DNA of 35,050 nt from Polyangiaceae bacterium (GCA_044222475.1 JBGANF010000087.1:1-35050), one strand, 5' to 3'. Shown: positions 1-9,748, counted from the stretch's first letter. Notes: a model not told the origin generated them from the letters alone. Numbers and translations: made by a program.

Positions 1-33
1 CTCGTGCTCCTCCGCCGTCGCGACCCGGTGTGA
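1..33 (+). CDS. 3' end of an upstream gene (…LVLLRRRDPV*), probably a membrane protein C-terminus
   Basis: Frame 1 reads ctc gtg ctc ctc cgc cgt cgc gac ccg gtg tga, with high-GC3 codons and hydrophobic residues followed by RRR. Only 10 codons are visible. Confidence 0.4.
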   Translation, partial: LVLLRRRDPV

Positions 34-51
34 GCGGCGCGGACCAAGGCC

Positions 52-813
52 GTGCCGCTTCCGCTCCTCGCCCATCAAGCGCCGGTCCTACCGCTCAAGC
101 TCTGGCGCCCGGCGGCGTTCAACGGCACGGCGCTGGTGGTCGGCAGCATCGCGCCCGACTTCGAGTACTTCCTCGATCGCGGCGGGCGCGCCGCCACCTT
201 CGGACACATCGCGACCGCGCAGCTGCTGTTCTGCTTACCGGTTTCGTTGTTCGTGGTGTTGCTCGTCGGTCACCTCGGCCTCGGTGAGGTCGTCGCGGCG
301 CGATTCCCCTGGCTGCGCTGGCTGAGCGGCGCCGCGACCGACGTGAAGGCGAGCGGTGGATTACTCCGCGCAGCAGCGAGCGCCCTCACCGGGTCGTTCT
401 CGCACCTTCTGCTCGACGCGCTCACCCACGAGGTGATCCCGAAGTGGATCACCCCGCGCACCTACCAGGTGGGGAGCCTCTGGGTGACGACGCCGGCGGT
501 CATTCAGCTCGTGTCTTCGGTCGTGCTGGCCATCGTGACGCTCTGGTCGCTCCGGCGGATATCCATGCAGAATACATGCGATGCGCCGGCCCGCCGCCCG
601 GGTGCGCTCGTCCTCGTCGCGTTCATGCTGCTCGGGGTCGCCCTGGGCGTTCGGCAATCGCTCCCGGCCCTCCGTCACCCCGAGTGGTACTTCGTCGCCG
701 GCAGGCTGTACGTCTGGGGCCACACGGCGTTCTTCGTCGCTTGCGGCCTGGTCGCGGGTGCGATCGCCGGAGCGGTGCCCCTCGCCCTCTGGGATCGCCG
801 GGCTCGGCCCTAG
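52..813 (+). CDS. DUF4184-family membrane protein
   Basis: N-terminus MP..LAHQAPVLPL…ALVVGSIAPDFEYFL and the later SHLLLDALTH match my recollection of the DUF4184 / metal-dependent hydrolase-like motifs. Several hydrophobic segments. Confidence 0.75.
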   Translation: MPLPLLAHQAPVLPLKLWRPAAFNGTALVVGSIAPDFEYFLDRGGRAATFGHIATAQLLFCLPVSLFVVLLVGHLGLGEVVAARFPWLRWLSGAATDVKASGGLLRAAASALTGSFSHLLLDALTHEVIPKWITPRTYQVGSLWVTTPAVIQLVSSVVLAIVTLWSLRRISMQNTCDAPARRPGALVLVAFMLLGVALGVRQSLPALRHPEWYFVAGRLYVWGHTAFFVACGLVAGAIAGAVPLALWDRRARP

Positions 814-2108
814 CCCGAGCGACCGAGCAGCGCGTCCATGTCCCGCTCGAACCCGGCCACCACGCGCTCCGGATCGGGGACCAACGCGACGTCCGCGGCG
901 ATGCTCATCCGCACGGAGCCCGCGTAGCTCAGCAACGTGACTCCGACCGCGACGTGGCCCGATGTCGGCGCCCACACCAGGATCTGCCTCAGGTTTCGCC
1001 CCGCCATGGTGAGCGGCACCGGCGGGCCGGGGATGTTCGTCACCATGACCGAGCCTTTGCGCGAGAACAGATCGACGATGATGCTCTCGATCTCGGGGCT
1101 CGCGACGCCGGTCGCCCCGAGGATCGCGAAGGCGACCTGCGCCTCGGACGACGACTTGATGCGGTCCATGCGCAGCTTCACCGCTCGCACGCGATCCTGC
1201 GGCGCCGGCGAGCCGAGCGGCAACGCCGCGAACACGAGCCCGAAGTGGTTTCCGAGCGTCTCGCCCGCGCCGCGGAAGAAGACGGGCACGATCGCGTGGA
1301 CCTCGAGCCCGTCGCGCATGGCCTTCCGCTCCTCGAAGTACGAGCGAATCCCGGCGGTGACGGACGCGAGGAGCGCGTCGTTCACCTTCGCGTCGATCGC
1401 GTGAGCGGCGCGCTTGATGGCGTCGAGCGGAACCTCACGCGACCACGCGACGCGCTTTCGGTTCGACTGCTTGCCCTTGAACGGCGTCGGCGGATCGCTC
1501 GGAAGAAGCAGGAGCTTGCCGAGCGCGAGCGCTTGCGCGGCGGTGCGCTCGGCGACGTCTCCGGCCCCGAGCGCCGGACTCACGAACAGGCCCACTTCCT
1601 CGGGCTTCGCGTCGATCCCGACGATCGCCAAGAGGAGCCCCACCAGGGCGACGCCGTCGCCCATGGCGTGGTGAATGCGCGCGACGAGCGCCGTCCCGTG
1701 CGGCATCTCGACGACGTGCAGCTGCCACAGCGGTCGCGTGTGGTCGAGCGGCGTGCTCATGAGGTCGCTCACGAGATCGACGAGAGCGGCGTCGTCGCCC
1801 GGGCTCGGCAGCGCGATGCGGTGCACGTGCAGCGCCGGGTCGAACCCGGGCGCATCCTCCCAATGCCACGCACCGACGCCGAGCGCCGGACCGACGGCTC
1901 GCTGGCGAAAGCGAGGATTCGCGATCAGACGCTCGACGAGCTCGGCTTGGGCGCCCCGATCGAGCGGGCGCTCGCCGTCCAGGACGAGCACCGCGGTGAT
2001 CACCATCGGGTTCGTCTCGCTGTCCATGCGAAGCCACGCGGCGTCTACAGCTGACAAGCGTGACGAGCGTGACGAGCGTGACGAGCCTGACGAGCGCGAC
2101 GGGTCCAT
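810..2108 (-). CDS. Wax ester synthase/diacylglycerol acyltransferase (WS/DGAT)
   Basis: LSAVDAAWLRMD..NPM N-terminal motif, PLDHTRPLWQLHVV, catalytic HHxxxDG (HHAMGDG), C-terminal VTNIPGP and LLSYAG. Start placed at the ATG at 2108 (TAGCCT 8 nt upstream); the ORF is open to 2183. Confidence 0.92.
   Translation of the reverse strand: MDPSRSSGSSRSSRSSRLSAVDAAWLRMDSETNPMVITAVLVLDGERPLDRGAQAELVERLIANPRFRQRAVGPALGVGAWHWEDAPGFDPALHVHRIALPSPGDDAALVDLVSDLMSTPLDHTRPLWQLHVVEMPHGTALVARIHHAMGDGVALVGLLLAIVGIDAKPEEVGLFVSPALGAGDVAERTAAQALALGKLLLLPSDPPTPFKGKQSNRKRVAWSREVPLDAIKRAAHAIDAKVNDALLASVTAGIRSYFEERKAMRDGLEVHAIVPVFFRGAGETLGNHFGLVFAALPLGSPAPQDRVRAVKLRMDRIKSSSEAQVAFAILGATGVASPEIESIIVDLFSRKGSVMVTNIPGPPVPLTMAGRNLRQILVWAPTSGHVAVGVTLLSYAGSVRMSIAADVALVPDPERVVAGFERDMDALLGRSG
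2052..2096 (+). repeat. 9-bp tandem repeat (TGACGAGCG) x5, imperfect, inside the WS/DGAT 5' end
   Basis: tgacaagcg tgacgagcg tgacgagcg tgacgagcc tgacgagcg; encodes RSSGSSRSSRSSRLS on the minus strand. Confidence 0.9.
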
Positions 2109-2194
2109 CGAAGGAGAGGCTACCGCCTCTTTCGCCGGGCTCGAAAGGGTGGTCTCCTGGACGGTGGCGTCTTTTATCGCCACCGGAGGGTTCC

Positions 2195-2869
2195 ATGAAC
2201 GAGATGCGGAGTGTGGCTGCTGGGCTCGGGCTCGTGGCGCTGGCGCTGCTCGCGTGCGGGAAGAAAGAGGAGTCGGAGACGACGACGACGACCTCGGCTG
2301 CGGCGACGACCGCCGCGCCGGAGCCCGAGGACACGAGCGAGAGCACCGCGACCGCGAGCGCCACCGCTAGCGCGACGGCCGCCGCCGCCGCGCCGAAGTA
2401 CGTCCCGTGCCCAGCGGGTCAAGCCGCGGTGGGAACCAAGGGCGAGTGCGTTCGCGTCTGCACCGACACGGCACCCTGCTCGGACAGCGCCGAGAGCTGC
2501 GAGAAGACTTCGTTCGTCTCCCTCGCCGGCGTGAAGAACGTGCGCGCGTGCATGCCGGGTGGTGGTGGGCCTGCCTTTCGAAAGATGGTGCCCGGGGCGC
2601 CCTGGTTGAACGATCAGGTCCCGAAGGACATGGCGTCTGCCGCGCCATCCACGCGACCCAGCGCGACCGCGACCGCAGCGGCGGCGGGCGTCAGCGACTT
2701 CACCAAGCCCGACAACCAAGGCGATTGTCCGAAGGGGTTCACGATGAACGGCGGCATGACGTGCAGCCGGGTCTGCAAGACCAAGGCGGACTGCCACGGA
2801 ACCAACACGTGCGTTTCGCTGCCGGTCGGGACGACGAAGGTCTGCGACGAGCCGGGGAACGCTCCCTAG
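2195..2869 (+). CDS. Cys-rich lipoprotein with Thr/Ala-rich linkers
   Basis: GGAGGG 4 nt before the ATG at 2195; signal peptide ending LLAC; two small Cys domains (C..VC.....C.....C) separated by Ala/Thr stretches. Confidence 0.8.
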   Translation: MNEMRSVAAGLGLVALALLACGKKEESETTTTTSAAATTAAPEPEDTSESTATASATASATAAAAAPKYVPCPAGQAAVGTKGECVRVCTDTAPCSDSAESCEKTSFVSLAGVKNVRACMPGGGGPAFRKMVPGAPWLNDQVPKDMASAAPSTRPSATATAAAAGVSDFTKPDNQGDCPKGFTMNGGMTCSRVCKTKADCHGTNTCVSLPVGTTKVCDEPGNAP

Positions 2870-3774
2870 GGCGGGAGCGACGGCAGCTTGGAGCACGCGC
2901 TCGCGTTTCCGCCGTCGCAGCCCTTCTTGTAGAGCCGCCGCGCGGACGCGTAGTCGGGGCTGCCGGTCGCGCCGATCTCGTACATGCGCCCAGCCTCGTA
3001 GCAGCCGTTCGCCCCGCCCAACGTGCACGACTTCTCGTACGACGTGATCGCGGCGGCGGGATCCAGCGCCGTGCCCTGACCCAGCTCCTGCTGAATGCCG
3101 AGGTTGCGGCATCCGCTCGGGTCGCCGCCGCTGCAGCCGGTGCGGTAGAGCGCGACGCAGCGCGGATAGTCCTGCGCGACGCCGGCGCCCTTCCAGTACA
3201 TGTATCCCAAATTGGTACATGCCCAAGCGTCCCCGGCGTCGCACGCGCGGGTGAAGAGGGTCGCCGCCTTGACCTCGTCCACGGTGCGCCCGCCTTGGCC
3301 GTAGAAGTAGTGGAGGCCGAGGTGGTTGCACCCGCGCGACGCGCCTTGCCCGCACGACGACTCGTAGAGCGTCGATGCCGTCGCCTTGTCTTGCGCGACG
3401 CCCTTGCCGTCGTCGTAGAGGGCCGCGAGGTTCGCGCAGCCCACGGCGCTCCCGCCGTTGCACGCGGCGCCGTAGGCGCTGAACGCTTTGATCAAGTCGA
3501 CTGCGGTGCCGTGACCCAGCTCGTACGAGATGCCGAGGTCGTTGCACTTGCCGGCGTCACCGGCGTCGCAGCCCTTTCGCTGAACCTCGAAGGCGGCCTG
3601 GAACGCGATCTCCGCTTCGGACAACGGCTTCGCCTTGGGCTTCGGAGGGGCGACCGCCGTCGACGGCGGCGGAGGGGGCGGCAAGGTCACCCGGACGGGC
3701 TCGGCTTGCTGGGCCGCGCCACCGCACGCCGCGCACCCGAGCGCGATGAGGACTGCCAGCTCGGAGATCTTCAC
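2866..3774 (-). CDS. Sel1-like repeat (Hcp-type) lipoprotein
   Basis: Lipobox LGC/AAC, Pro-rich linker, about 6 repeats of C.NLG..Y..G.G...D...A...Y..AC..G. Confidence 0.92.
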   Translation of the reverse strand: MKISELAVLIALGCAACGGAAQQAEPVRVTLPPPPPPSTAVAPPKPKAKPLSEAEIAFQAAFEVQRKGCDAGDAGKCNDLGISYELGHGTAVDLIKAFSAYGAACNGGSAVGCANLAALYDDGKGVAQDKATASTLYESSCGQGASRGCNHLGLHYFYGQGGRTVDEVKAATLFTRACDAGDAWACTNLGYMYWKGAGVAQDYPRCVALYRTGCSGGDPSGCRNLGIQQELGQGTALDPAAAITSYEKSCTLGGANGCYEAGRMYEIGATGSPDYASARRLYKKGCDGGNASACSKLPSLPP

Positions 3775-4652
3775 TGCCCCCTCGTTCTACGGATGCGTCG
3801 CAGGATTGCTTCCGCGAAACGATCGGCAGCGCCGGCGCTCGCTCGGAAGAAGAGCTCGGGCTCGACGAGCTCGAGCTCCATCGCGTAGAGGAACCCGTCC
3901 CGCACGACGCCGTCGATGCGCGCGTACAGCGGGACATCGTCGCTGGTGGCGGCGACGAGCGCGGTCTTTGCCTGACCCACGAGGTCCGTCGGCGGACTCG
4001 GCTCGAAGTGCACGGCGCCTCCGTGGTCGGTCTGGACCCGGAAATCGCCAGACTTCGCGACCTTCCGCAGCGCGTGGCTGAACTCTCCGTCGAAGAAGAG
4101 GAACGCCCACTCGCCGGGGTCCTGCACCTCGGGAAAGAAAGGCTGCACCATGGCTCGGCCTTCGGCGACGATCGCCCGGAAGTGCGCTTCGTGCGCCGCC
4201 GCGGCAGGCGCGTCGAAGAGCACCGTGCGGTGCGCGTTGGCCGACAGCGCCGGCTTCAGCACCGCGCGGGCGAACCCGCGCGCCGAGACGATCGATGCGA
4301 GCGAGCGCTCGTCGCCTCGCTCGACCCACTCGGTCGGGATCACGCGCGCGCCTCGCGCCTCGGCGTCGCGAAGGTAGGTCTTCTCGAGGAAGCTCCGCGC
4401 GCGCCGGTTCTCGAAGCGCACGCCCGCGGACTCCAGGCTCTCCAACCAGCGGGCGAAGGCCGCGGCCTTCTCGTACCAGTCCCAGGGCGAGCGCAGGACG
4501 ACGAGGTCGAACTCGCCCCAGCGAACCGACGGGTCGTCCCAGACTGCCGGGACGACTCGCACGTCTCGCGCCTCGAGCGCGTCTCGCGCGGCGCGATCGT
4601 CGAAGTACCCCTCGTGGAGCTCGGCACTCGTGACGAACGCGACCGTCGTCAT
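3771..4652 (-). CDS. ATP-grasp ligase (RimK/glutathione-synthetase-like, DcsG-type family)
   Basis: VWDDPSV.W..FDLVVLRSPWD, KTYL, VLKP, MVQPF, DFRVQ..HGG, YARIDGV, MELELVEPELF. Confidence 0.85.
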   Translation of the reverse strand: MTTVAFVTSAELHEGYFDDRAARDALEARDVRVVPAVWDDPSVRWGEFDLVVLRSPWDWYEKAAAFARWLESLESAGVRFENRRARSFLEKTYLRDAEARGARVIPTEWVERGDERSLASIVSARGFARAVLKPALSANAHRTVLFDAPAAAAHEAHFRAIVAEGRAMVQPFFPEVQDPGEWAFLFFDGEFSHALRKVAKSGDFRVQTDHGGAVHFEPSPPTDLVGQAKTALVAATSDDVPLYARIDGVVRDGFLYAMELELVEPELFFRASAGAADRFAEAILRRIRRTRGQ

Positions 4653-4656
4653 CGCG

Positions 4657-5157
4657 TCACTTGAACCAGAGCGTGTCGGCCTTCCAGGTCGACCCGTCCT
4701 TCACCAGCGTCGTGAGCGTGCGACCGTTCTTCATCTTCACCTTGACGGAATCGCCGCTGGGCTCCTCGCTGGCGTAGATCTCCTCGAACGTCATCTTGCC
4801 GACCTCGGTCTTCGCGCTCGCGAGCATCTCGGCCGTGATCTTGTCCTTCTGACGCGCGGTGAAGCAGCTCTTCATCGCCTCGAGCGGCGCGCCCGACTTG
4901 ATCCCGTCGTACTGACTCTGGATTGTCTTCTTCGGCGTGCTGCAGTCCATGGCGACTGCCGCTGGCGTCGCTCCCGTCGCCGCCGCGGTGGCCACCGTCG
5001 GCGTAGGGTCCTTCGGCATGGGGTTCGGCGCGGCGGTCACCTTCTCCGCGGTGGAGGTGACGGTGGCCGTTGCAGCAGACGTGGTGGTGCTCGACTCGGA
5101 TTTGGCGCACGCGCCGAGGACGAGGAGCGAGGCAGCAAACAGGGCTCGGTGGTTCAT
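4657..5157 (-). CDS. Lipoprotein of unknown function (Ser/Thr/Ala linker plus small domain)
   Basis: MNHRALFAASLLVLGAC lipobox; start at 5157 supported by TATGCT 7 nt upstream. Confidence 0.75.
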   Translation of the reverse strand: MNHRALFAASLLVLGACAKSESSTTTSAATATVTSTAEKVTAAPNPMPKDPTPTVATAAATGATPAAVAMDCSTPKKTIQSQYDGIKSGAPLEAMKSCFTARQKDKITAEMLASAKTEVGKMTFEEIYASEEPSGDSVKVKMKNGRTLTTLVKDGSTWKADTLWFK

Positions 5158-5216
5158 GGGCGCCAGCATAGTCGGGCTACCGCGCGCGCGGTAGGCGCCC
5201 TATAAGTAGCGCCGCC

Positions 5217-7052
5217 ATGGGCTACGCCTCGCTCCAGGAATGCGTCGCCGACCTCGAGCGGGCTCGGGACCTCGTGCGGATCGACGTCGAGGTGGACCCG
5301 CGCCTGGAGGCGGGCGAAATCCAGCGTCGTGCGCTCCAAGCCGGCGGCCCGGCGCTCCTCTTCACTCGGGTAAAGGGGACGAAGTTTCCGATGCTCGCGA
5401 ACCTCTTCGGCTCCAAGAAGCGAGCCGAGTTCCTATTTCGCGACGCCCTGGCCGGCGTGCGAGCGCTCGTCTCCGCTCGCGTCGACCCGTCGTCGTTCGT
5501 TCGCAGCCCGGGCGCCGCGTTGCGACTCCCCGGTGCGGCGCTTCACCTCCTGCCTCGCCGCGTGCGATCGGGGCCGGTGCTCGACGCGACGTGCCGGGTG
5601 AGCGATCTGCCCGAGCTCGTGTCGTGGCCCGACGACGGCGGCCCGTTCGTCACGCTGCCGCAGGTCTACACCGAGGATCCGGACGAGCCCGGCGTGCGCC
5701 GCTCGAACCTCGGCATGTACCGCATCCAGCTCTCGGGGAACGACTACGCGCGCGATCGCGAGATTGGCCTGCACTACCAGCTCCACCGCGGCATCGGCAT
5801 CCATCACGCGAAGGCCGAAGCGCGCGGAGCGAAGCTCCCGGTGGCGATCTTCGTCGGCGGCCCTCCGTCGATGACGCTGGCGGCGGTGATGCCGCTCCCG
5901 GAGGGCATGCCCGAGATCCATTTCGCCGGTGCGCTCGGCGGGCGCGCGATCCGGATGATTGCCGGTGACCGCGAGCGGGGGCTTCCCAGCATCCACGCCG
6001 ACGCCGACTTCTGCATCCGCGGTTTCGTGCACCCCGGCGAGTCCAAGCCCGAGGGGCCGTTCGGCGATCACCTCGGGTACTACTCGAAGAAGCACGATTT
6101 TCCGGTGCTCCACGTCGACTCGGTTCACCACCGCGAGGGCGCGATCTGGCCGTTCACCACCGTGGGACGGCCGCCTCAGGAAGACACGATCTTCGGCGAG
6201 ATCATCCACGAGCTCACGGCGCCGCTCGTCCCCGAGGTGCTCCCCGGCGTGCGCGCGGTCCATGCGGTGGACGCGAGCGGCGTGCACCCCCTGCTCCTCG
6301 CGATCGGCAGCGAGCGGTACACGCCGTACGCGAAGCAGGCGCAACCGATGGAGCTGCTCACCCAAGCGAGCGCGATCCTCGGCAATGGCCAGATGTCGCT
6401 CGCGAAGTACCTCTTCATCGCCGACGGCGGAGACGAGCCGCCGCCACTCGCCGACGTCGATGCCTTCTTCCGTCACGTCCTCGAGCGCGTCGACCCCGCG
6501 CGCGATCTGCACTTCCACGTGAACACCACGATGGACACGCTCGACTACTCCGGCACCGGGCTCAACCTCGGATCGAAGCTCGTCGTCGCGGTCTGCGGAG
6601 CGCCGCGGCGAGCGCTCGCGACCGCGGCGCCGCGCGTTTCATTGCCTGTAGAATGCAACAATCTTCGCGTGGTCTTCCCTGGCGTCCTCGCGCTCTCGGG
6701 CCCGCGCTTCGGCCGCCCCGAGGAGGTCGACGCGCTGTGCGAGAAGCTCCGCGCCGCCGACTTCGAGGGGTTCCCCCTCGTGGTCCTGTGCGACGACGCC
6801 GACTTCGTCGCGAGGAGCCTCGCCAACTTCCTCTGGGTGACGTTCACGCGCTCGAACCCCGCGGTCGACGTCCACGGCGTCGGCGCGTTCACCACTCACA
6901 AGGCGTGGGGATGCCGCGGGCCGATCGTGATCGACGCGCGCACGAAGCCGCACCACGCGCCGGCGCTCGAGATGGACCGTGCAGTGGTCGAGCGGGTCGA
7001 TCGATTGTTCGCGGCCGGTGGACCGCTCGCGAGCCTTCCCCGCGGGGCGTGA
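5217..7052 (+). CDS. UbiD-family (prFMN-dependent) decarboxylase, long form
   Basis: GPALLF, LANLFGS, WPDDGGPFVTLP, NLGMYRIQ, EGPFGDHLGYY, TVGRPPQED, DTLDYSG, LWVTFTRSNP. Confidence 0.93.
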   Translation: MGYASLQECVADLERARDLVRIDVEVDPRLEAGEIQRRALQAGGPALLFTRVKGTKFPMLANLFGSKKRAEFLFRDALAGVRALVSARVDPSSFVRSPGAALRLPGAALHLLPRRVRSGPVLDATCRVSDLPELVSWPDDGGPFVTLPQVYTEDPDEPGVRRSNLGMYRIQLSGNDYARDREIGLHYQLHRGIGIHHAKAEARGAKLPVAIFVGGPPSMTLAAVMPLPEGMPEIHFAGALGGRAIRMIAGDRERGLPSIHADADFCIRGFVHPGESKPEGPFGDHLGYYSKKHDFPVLHVDSVHHREGAIWPFTTVGRPPQEDTIFGEIIHELTAPLVPEVLPGVRAVHAVDASGVHPLLLAIGSERYTPYAKQAQPMELLTQASAILGNGQMSLAKYLFIADGGDEPPPLADVDAFFRHVLERVDPARDLHFHVNTTMDTLDYSGTGLNLGSKLVVAVCGAPRRALATAAPRVSLPVECNNLRVVFPGVLALSGPRFGRPEEVDALCEKLRAADFEGFPLVVLCDDADFVARSLANFLWVTFTRSNPAVDVHGVGAFTTHKAWGCRGPIVIDARTKPHHAPALEMDRAVVERVDRLFAAGGPLASLPRGA

Positions 7053-7634
7053 TCAGAACGCGGCGACCGGGCCCTTGACCATCGTGTGGTCGGGTTTTTC
7101 GAGGAGGAGCTGGAAGTGCGCGCCCGCCGTGAAGGCGCCGACGTTCGAGATGTAGATGTCGAGCTTGTGCGGGCCGCTCATCGGCGGCAGCGAGCCGTCG
7201 GGCTTGTTCACGACCTGCCCGTTCTCGAAGACGCCGACTCCGCCCGTCATCCCTCCGGACTTCACGAGGCCCTTCATCTCGGGCGGCATGTCTTGGTTCG
7301 CGATCAGCGTGTCCCACTGGAAGTTGCCGTCGGGCTTTCCGCTCGCGTCGGTGGTGACGACGAAGATCGAGACGAAGTTCCCGTCGACCTCGGCGGTGAA
7401 CGCCGCGTCGTTGTTGCCGTCACCCTTGAGCGCTCCGTCGCTGCCGCCGATCTTGTCGACCTTGAGCATGTCGGGCGACTTGTCGAACGACTTGACCTTC
7501 GCTTCGGCGACGGGACCGGTCGTGCCGGTGGTCGTCGGAGCGTCGGCGGGTTTGCCTTCGAGCGCGCCTCCACCTCCGCAAGCGAACGCGGTGAACGGAA
7601 CGGCCAACGTGACGGCGAGCAGGACGGTACGCAT
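7053..7634 (-). CDS. Lipoprotein of unknown function
   Basis: ATG at 7634 with GGAGGG upstream; MRTVLLAVTLAVPFTAFAC; beta-rich globular body. The longer ORF to 8717 is a shadow extension. Confidence 0.78.
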   Translation of the reverse strand: MRTVLLAVTLAVPFTAFACGGGGALEGKPADAPTTTGTTGPVAEAKVKSFDKSPDMLKVDKIGGSDGALKGDGNNDAAFTAEVDGNFVSIFVVTTDASGKPDGNFQWDTLIANQDMPPEMKGLVKSGGMTGGVGVFENGQVVNKPDGSLPPMSGPHKLDIYISNVGAFTAGAHFQLLLEKPDHTMVKGPVAAF

Positions 7635-7672
7635 CGAATCCCTCCGAGAGGGACCGTTATCGCACGGGAGAT

Positions 7673-9748
7673 CTACTCGGGGAAAGGGACTTTTCCTTTG
7701 GGATCGTCGATGAGATTCCGCAGGAAATAGGCCGCTTGCTTGCGCGCGGTCGGCACGTCGAAGACGACGAAGTGCCCGTCGCTGCCAGAAACCGGGGGAA
7801 ACTGGGCGACCACGCCGCTGGCCTCGCCGCCGAACAGGTTGCCGGCGAGGCCGCTGCTCGGAACCGTGACGTCGCCGAGACCGACCCATGTGGCGTACGA
7901 GATCTCCCGCACGCCCGGGAGCTGACGCGGCAGGCCGAGCACGACGGACGCGATCTCGATGCCGTGCGGCGGCGTGTAGTTGTCGCCCTCGCCATCCGGG
8001 CCGATGCCCTCGGTGAGGTAGACGCTCTTCCGCGCGAAGCCCGGCCGCGGCTCTCGGATGATGGTGCGCATGTAGACGAGCGGATCGACCGCGTCGACCA
8101 GCGTCTGCGCGAGGTTGATCACCGGGTGGAACATGTCGAGCTCGTTCGCGTACTCCGACGTGTTGAGCCCGAGGAGCGACTTCACCGCACCAGCGACGCT
8201 GGGCGAAGGCTTCGTCTTCTCGAGAAGCGCGACGGTGATCTGCGCACCGGTTCCGCTGAGCACGCCGCCGCGCACCTGGTCGTCGGCGGCGAAGAACAGA
8301 GGCCCGTTCACACCGCCCTGCGAGTGACCGAAGAAGACGAGGCGCTTGCCGTCGAAGACGATGTCTTTCGCGGTGCGCGAGACGGAGGCGGGCACCTTGA
8401 GCCGCGTCGGCTCGTTGGTGAAGAGCCGAGCTTGAACCGTCGTGTCGATCGCGGACTGGCGCCCGTTCGTGCGCGCTGCGATCGGGTTGGCGAAGTTGAA
8501 GAAGAGGAGCTGGATGATGCCGTCCGCGTTCGGATCGTTCGGGTCGGGCGCGCCTGGCCGGGTGCCGTGGAAGATCTGATCGACGCCCATCACCGCGACG
8601 CAGAGACTGGGGAGGATCGACGTCGCGCCGTGGCTCTCTGCGATGGCGCTCCGGTAGTTTCCCCCCGTCCCGTGCGCGTAGAGGACGATCGGGTAGCCTT
8701 CGGCCGGCATCGGGCAATCGGCTTCCTTCGGCACCGCGAGCGAGAACCGCATGTCGAAGGTGTTCTGCACGACCGGCTTGCCGTCCTGATCGAACGTGAA
8801 GCCGCCGCCGTCGCCGAAGTCGACGAACGGCAATTTACCAGTTTGGTAATTCGGGACGGGCCCGTACTGGCCCTCGTACACGTCGTACGTACCGCGCTGC
8901 TCCGCCGCGATCCAGGCCGAGTCCTTGGCCTGCGGAGGCGGCTGCTTCTTCGCGTCGTCGGTGACCTTGAAGAGCTCCGCGGTGGGATCGTTGGTGGTGA
9001 AGACGGCGATCTGCGCCACGTCGGTCCGCGCGATGCCGATCTTCGCGAGCTGATCCAACGCGGGAGCGTAGATGCCGCGCGTGGCTTCGGACCGCGCCGT
9101 GGGCGGGGACTCGCCGAGGACCTCGGTGAGGTCCTTGCTCGGGAGGACCGCGGCTCCGTTCGCGGCCCGCGCCTTCCGCGTGAGGACGAGCGCGTAGCGC
9201 CGCTTCGGCTGGAGCGGTTGGCCTTGAGCCGGCACGACCGCGAGGGTGTCCTTCATCCAGTAGAGGCCTTCCTTGGCGCGGAACGCCCAGGAGATCTGCT
9301 GGCGTTTGCCCACCTCGGGCGAGGCCGGATCGACGTCGACGAGTTGGAGCGCCGACGACGGATCGACCGATGCGGGAGGATCGACCGGGAGGGACGCCTC
9401 GGCGAGGTCGCCGTCGAAGCGGACGTAGATCGCCGAGGCGATCGAGAACCCATCGAGGAGGTTCTTCGTCGACGCGATGTAGTCCTCGACGAGGACGTTC
9501 GCGGTGGGGTTGTAGAAGCCCTCGAAGCGGACGGTGCCGTTCGCCTCGCGACGCAGATCGCTGGGGAACGGATGATCGAGGAACGTCGTCTCGGAGAGCT
9601 CACTCAGGCTCCCGGGCGTGACGAAGATCGAGTGGATCGGTCCGGACGACGTCGTGTCGGTCGTGGTGCCGCACGCCGTCGGTCCGACGAAGGTCGCGAT
9701 CAGGCCCACGGTTCGGAGGGCGCGGAAAGACGAAGACCGCTTGCGCAT
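7673..9748 (-). CDS. Lipoprotein alpha/beta hydrolase (lipase/esterase-like) with N-terminal Ig-like region
   Basis: Lipobox-like PTAC; DHPFPSD..R…LDGFS N-terminal motif; PIVLYAHGTGG; nucleophile elbow GHSQGG; candidate Asp (GDNYTP) and His (DGHFVVF). Alternative start 9766. Confidence 0.8.
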   Translation of the reverse strand: MRKRSSSFRALRTVGLIATFVGPTACGTTTDTTSSGPIHSIFVTPGSLSELSETTFLDHPFPSDLRREANGTVRFEGFYNPTANVLVEDYIASTKNLLDGFSIASAIYVRFDGDLAEASLPVDPPASVDPSSALQLVDVDPASPEVGKRQQISWAFRAKEGLYWMKDTLAVVPAQGQPLQPKRRYALVLTRKARAANGAAVLPSKDLTEVLGESPPTARSEATRGIYAPALDQLAKIGIARTDVAQIAVFTTNDPTAELFKVTDDAKKQPPPQAKDSAWIAAEQRGTYDVYEGQYGPVPNYQTGKLPFVDFGDGGGFTFDQDGKPVVQNTFDMRFSLAVPKEADCPMPAEGYPIVLYAHGTGGNYRSAIAESHGATSILPSLCVAVMGVDQIFHGTRPGAPDPNDPNADGIIQLLFFNFANPIAARTNGRQSAIDTTVQARLFTNEPTRLKVPASVSRTAKDIVFDGKRLVFFGHSQGGVNGPLFFAADDQVRGGVLSGTGAQITVALLEKTKPSPSVAGAVKSLLGLNTSEYANELDMFHPVINLAQTLVDAVDPLVYMRTIIREPRPGFARKSVYLTEGIGPDGEGDNYTPPHGIEIASVVLGLPRQLPGVREISYATWVGLGDVTVPSSGLAGNLFGGEASGVVAQFPPVSGSDGHFVVFDVPTARKQAAYFLRNLIDDPKGKVPFPE

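Noticed and set aside
3771..4652. D-cycloserine or RiPP (graspetide) biosynthetic cluster
   Set aside because: No other dcs genes, precursor peptide or transporter nearby; only family-level similarity.
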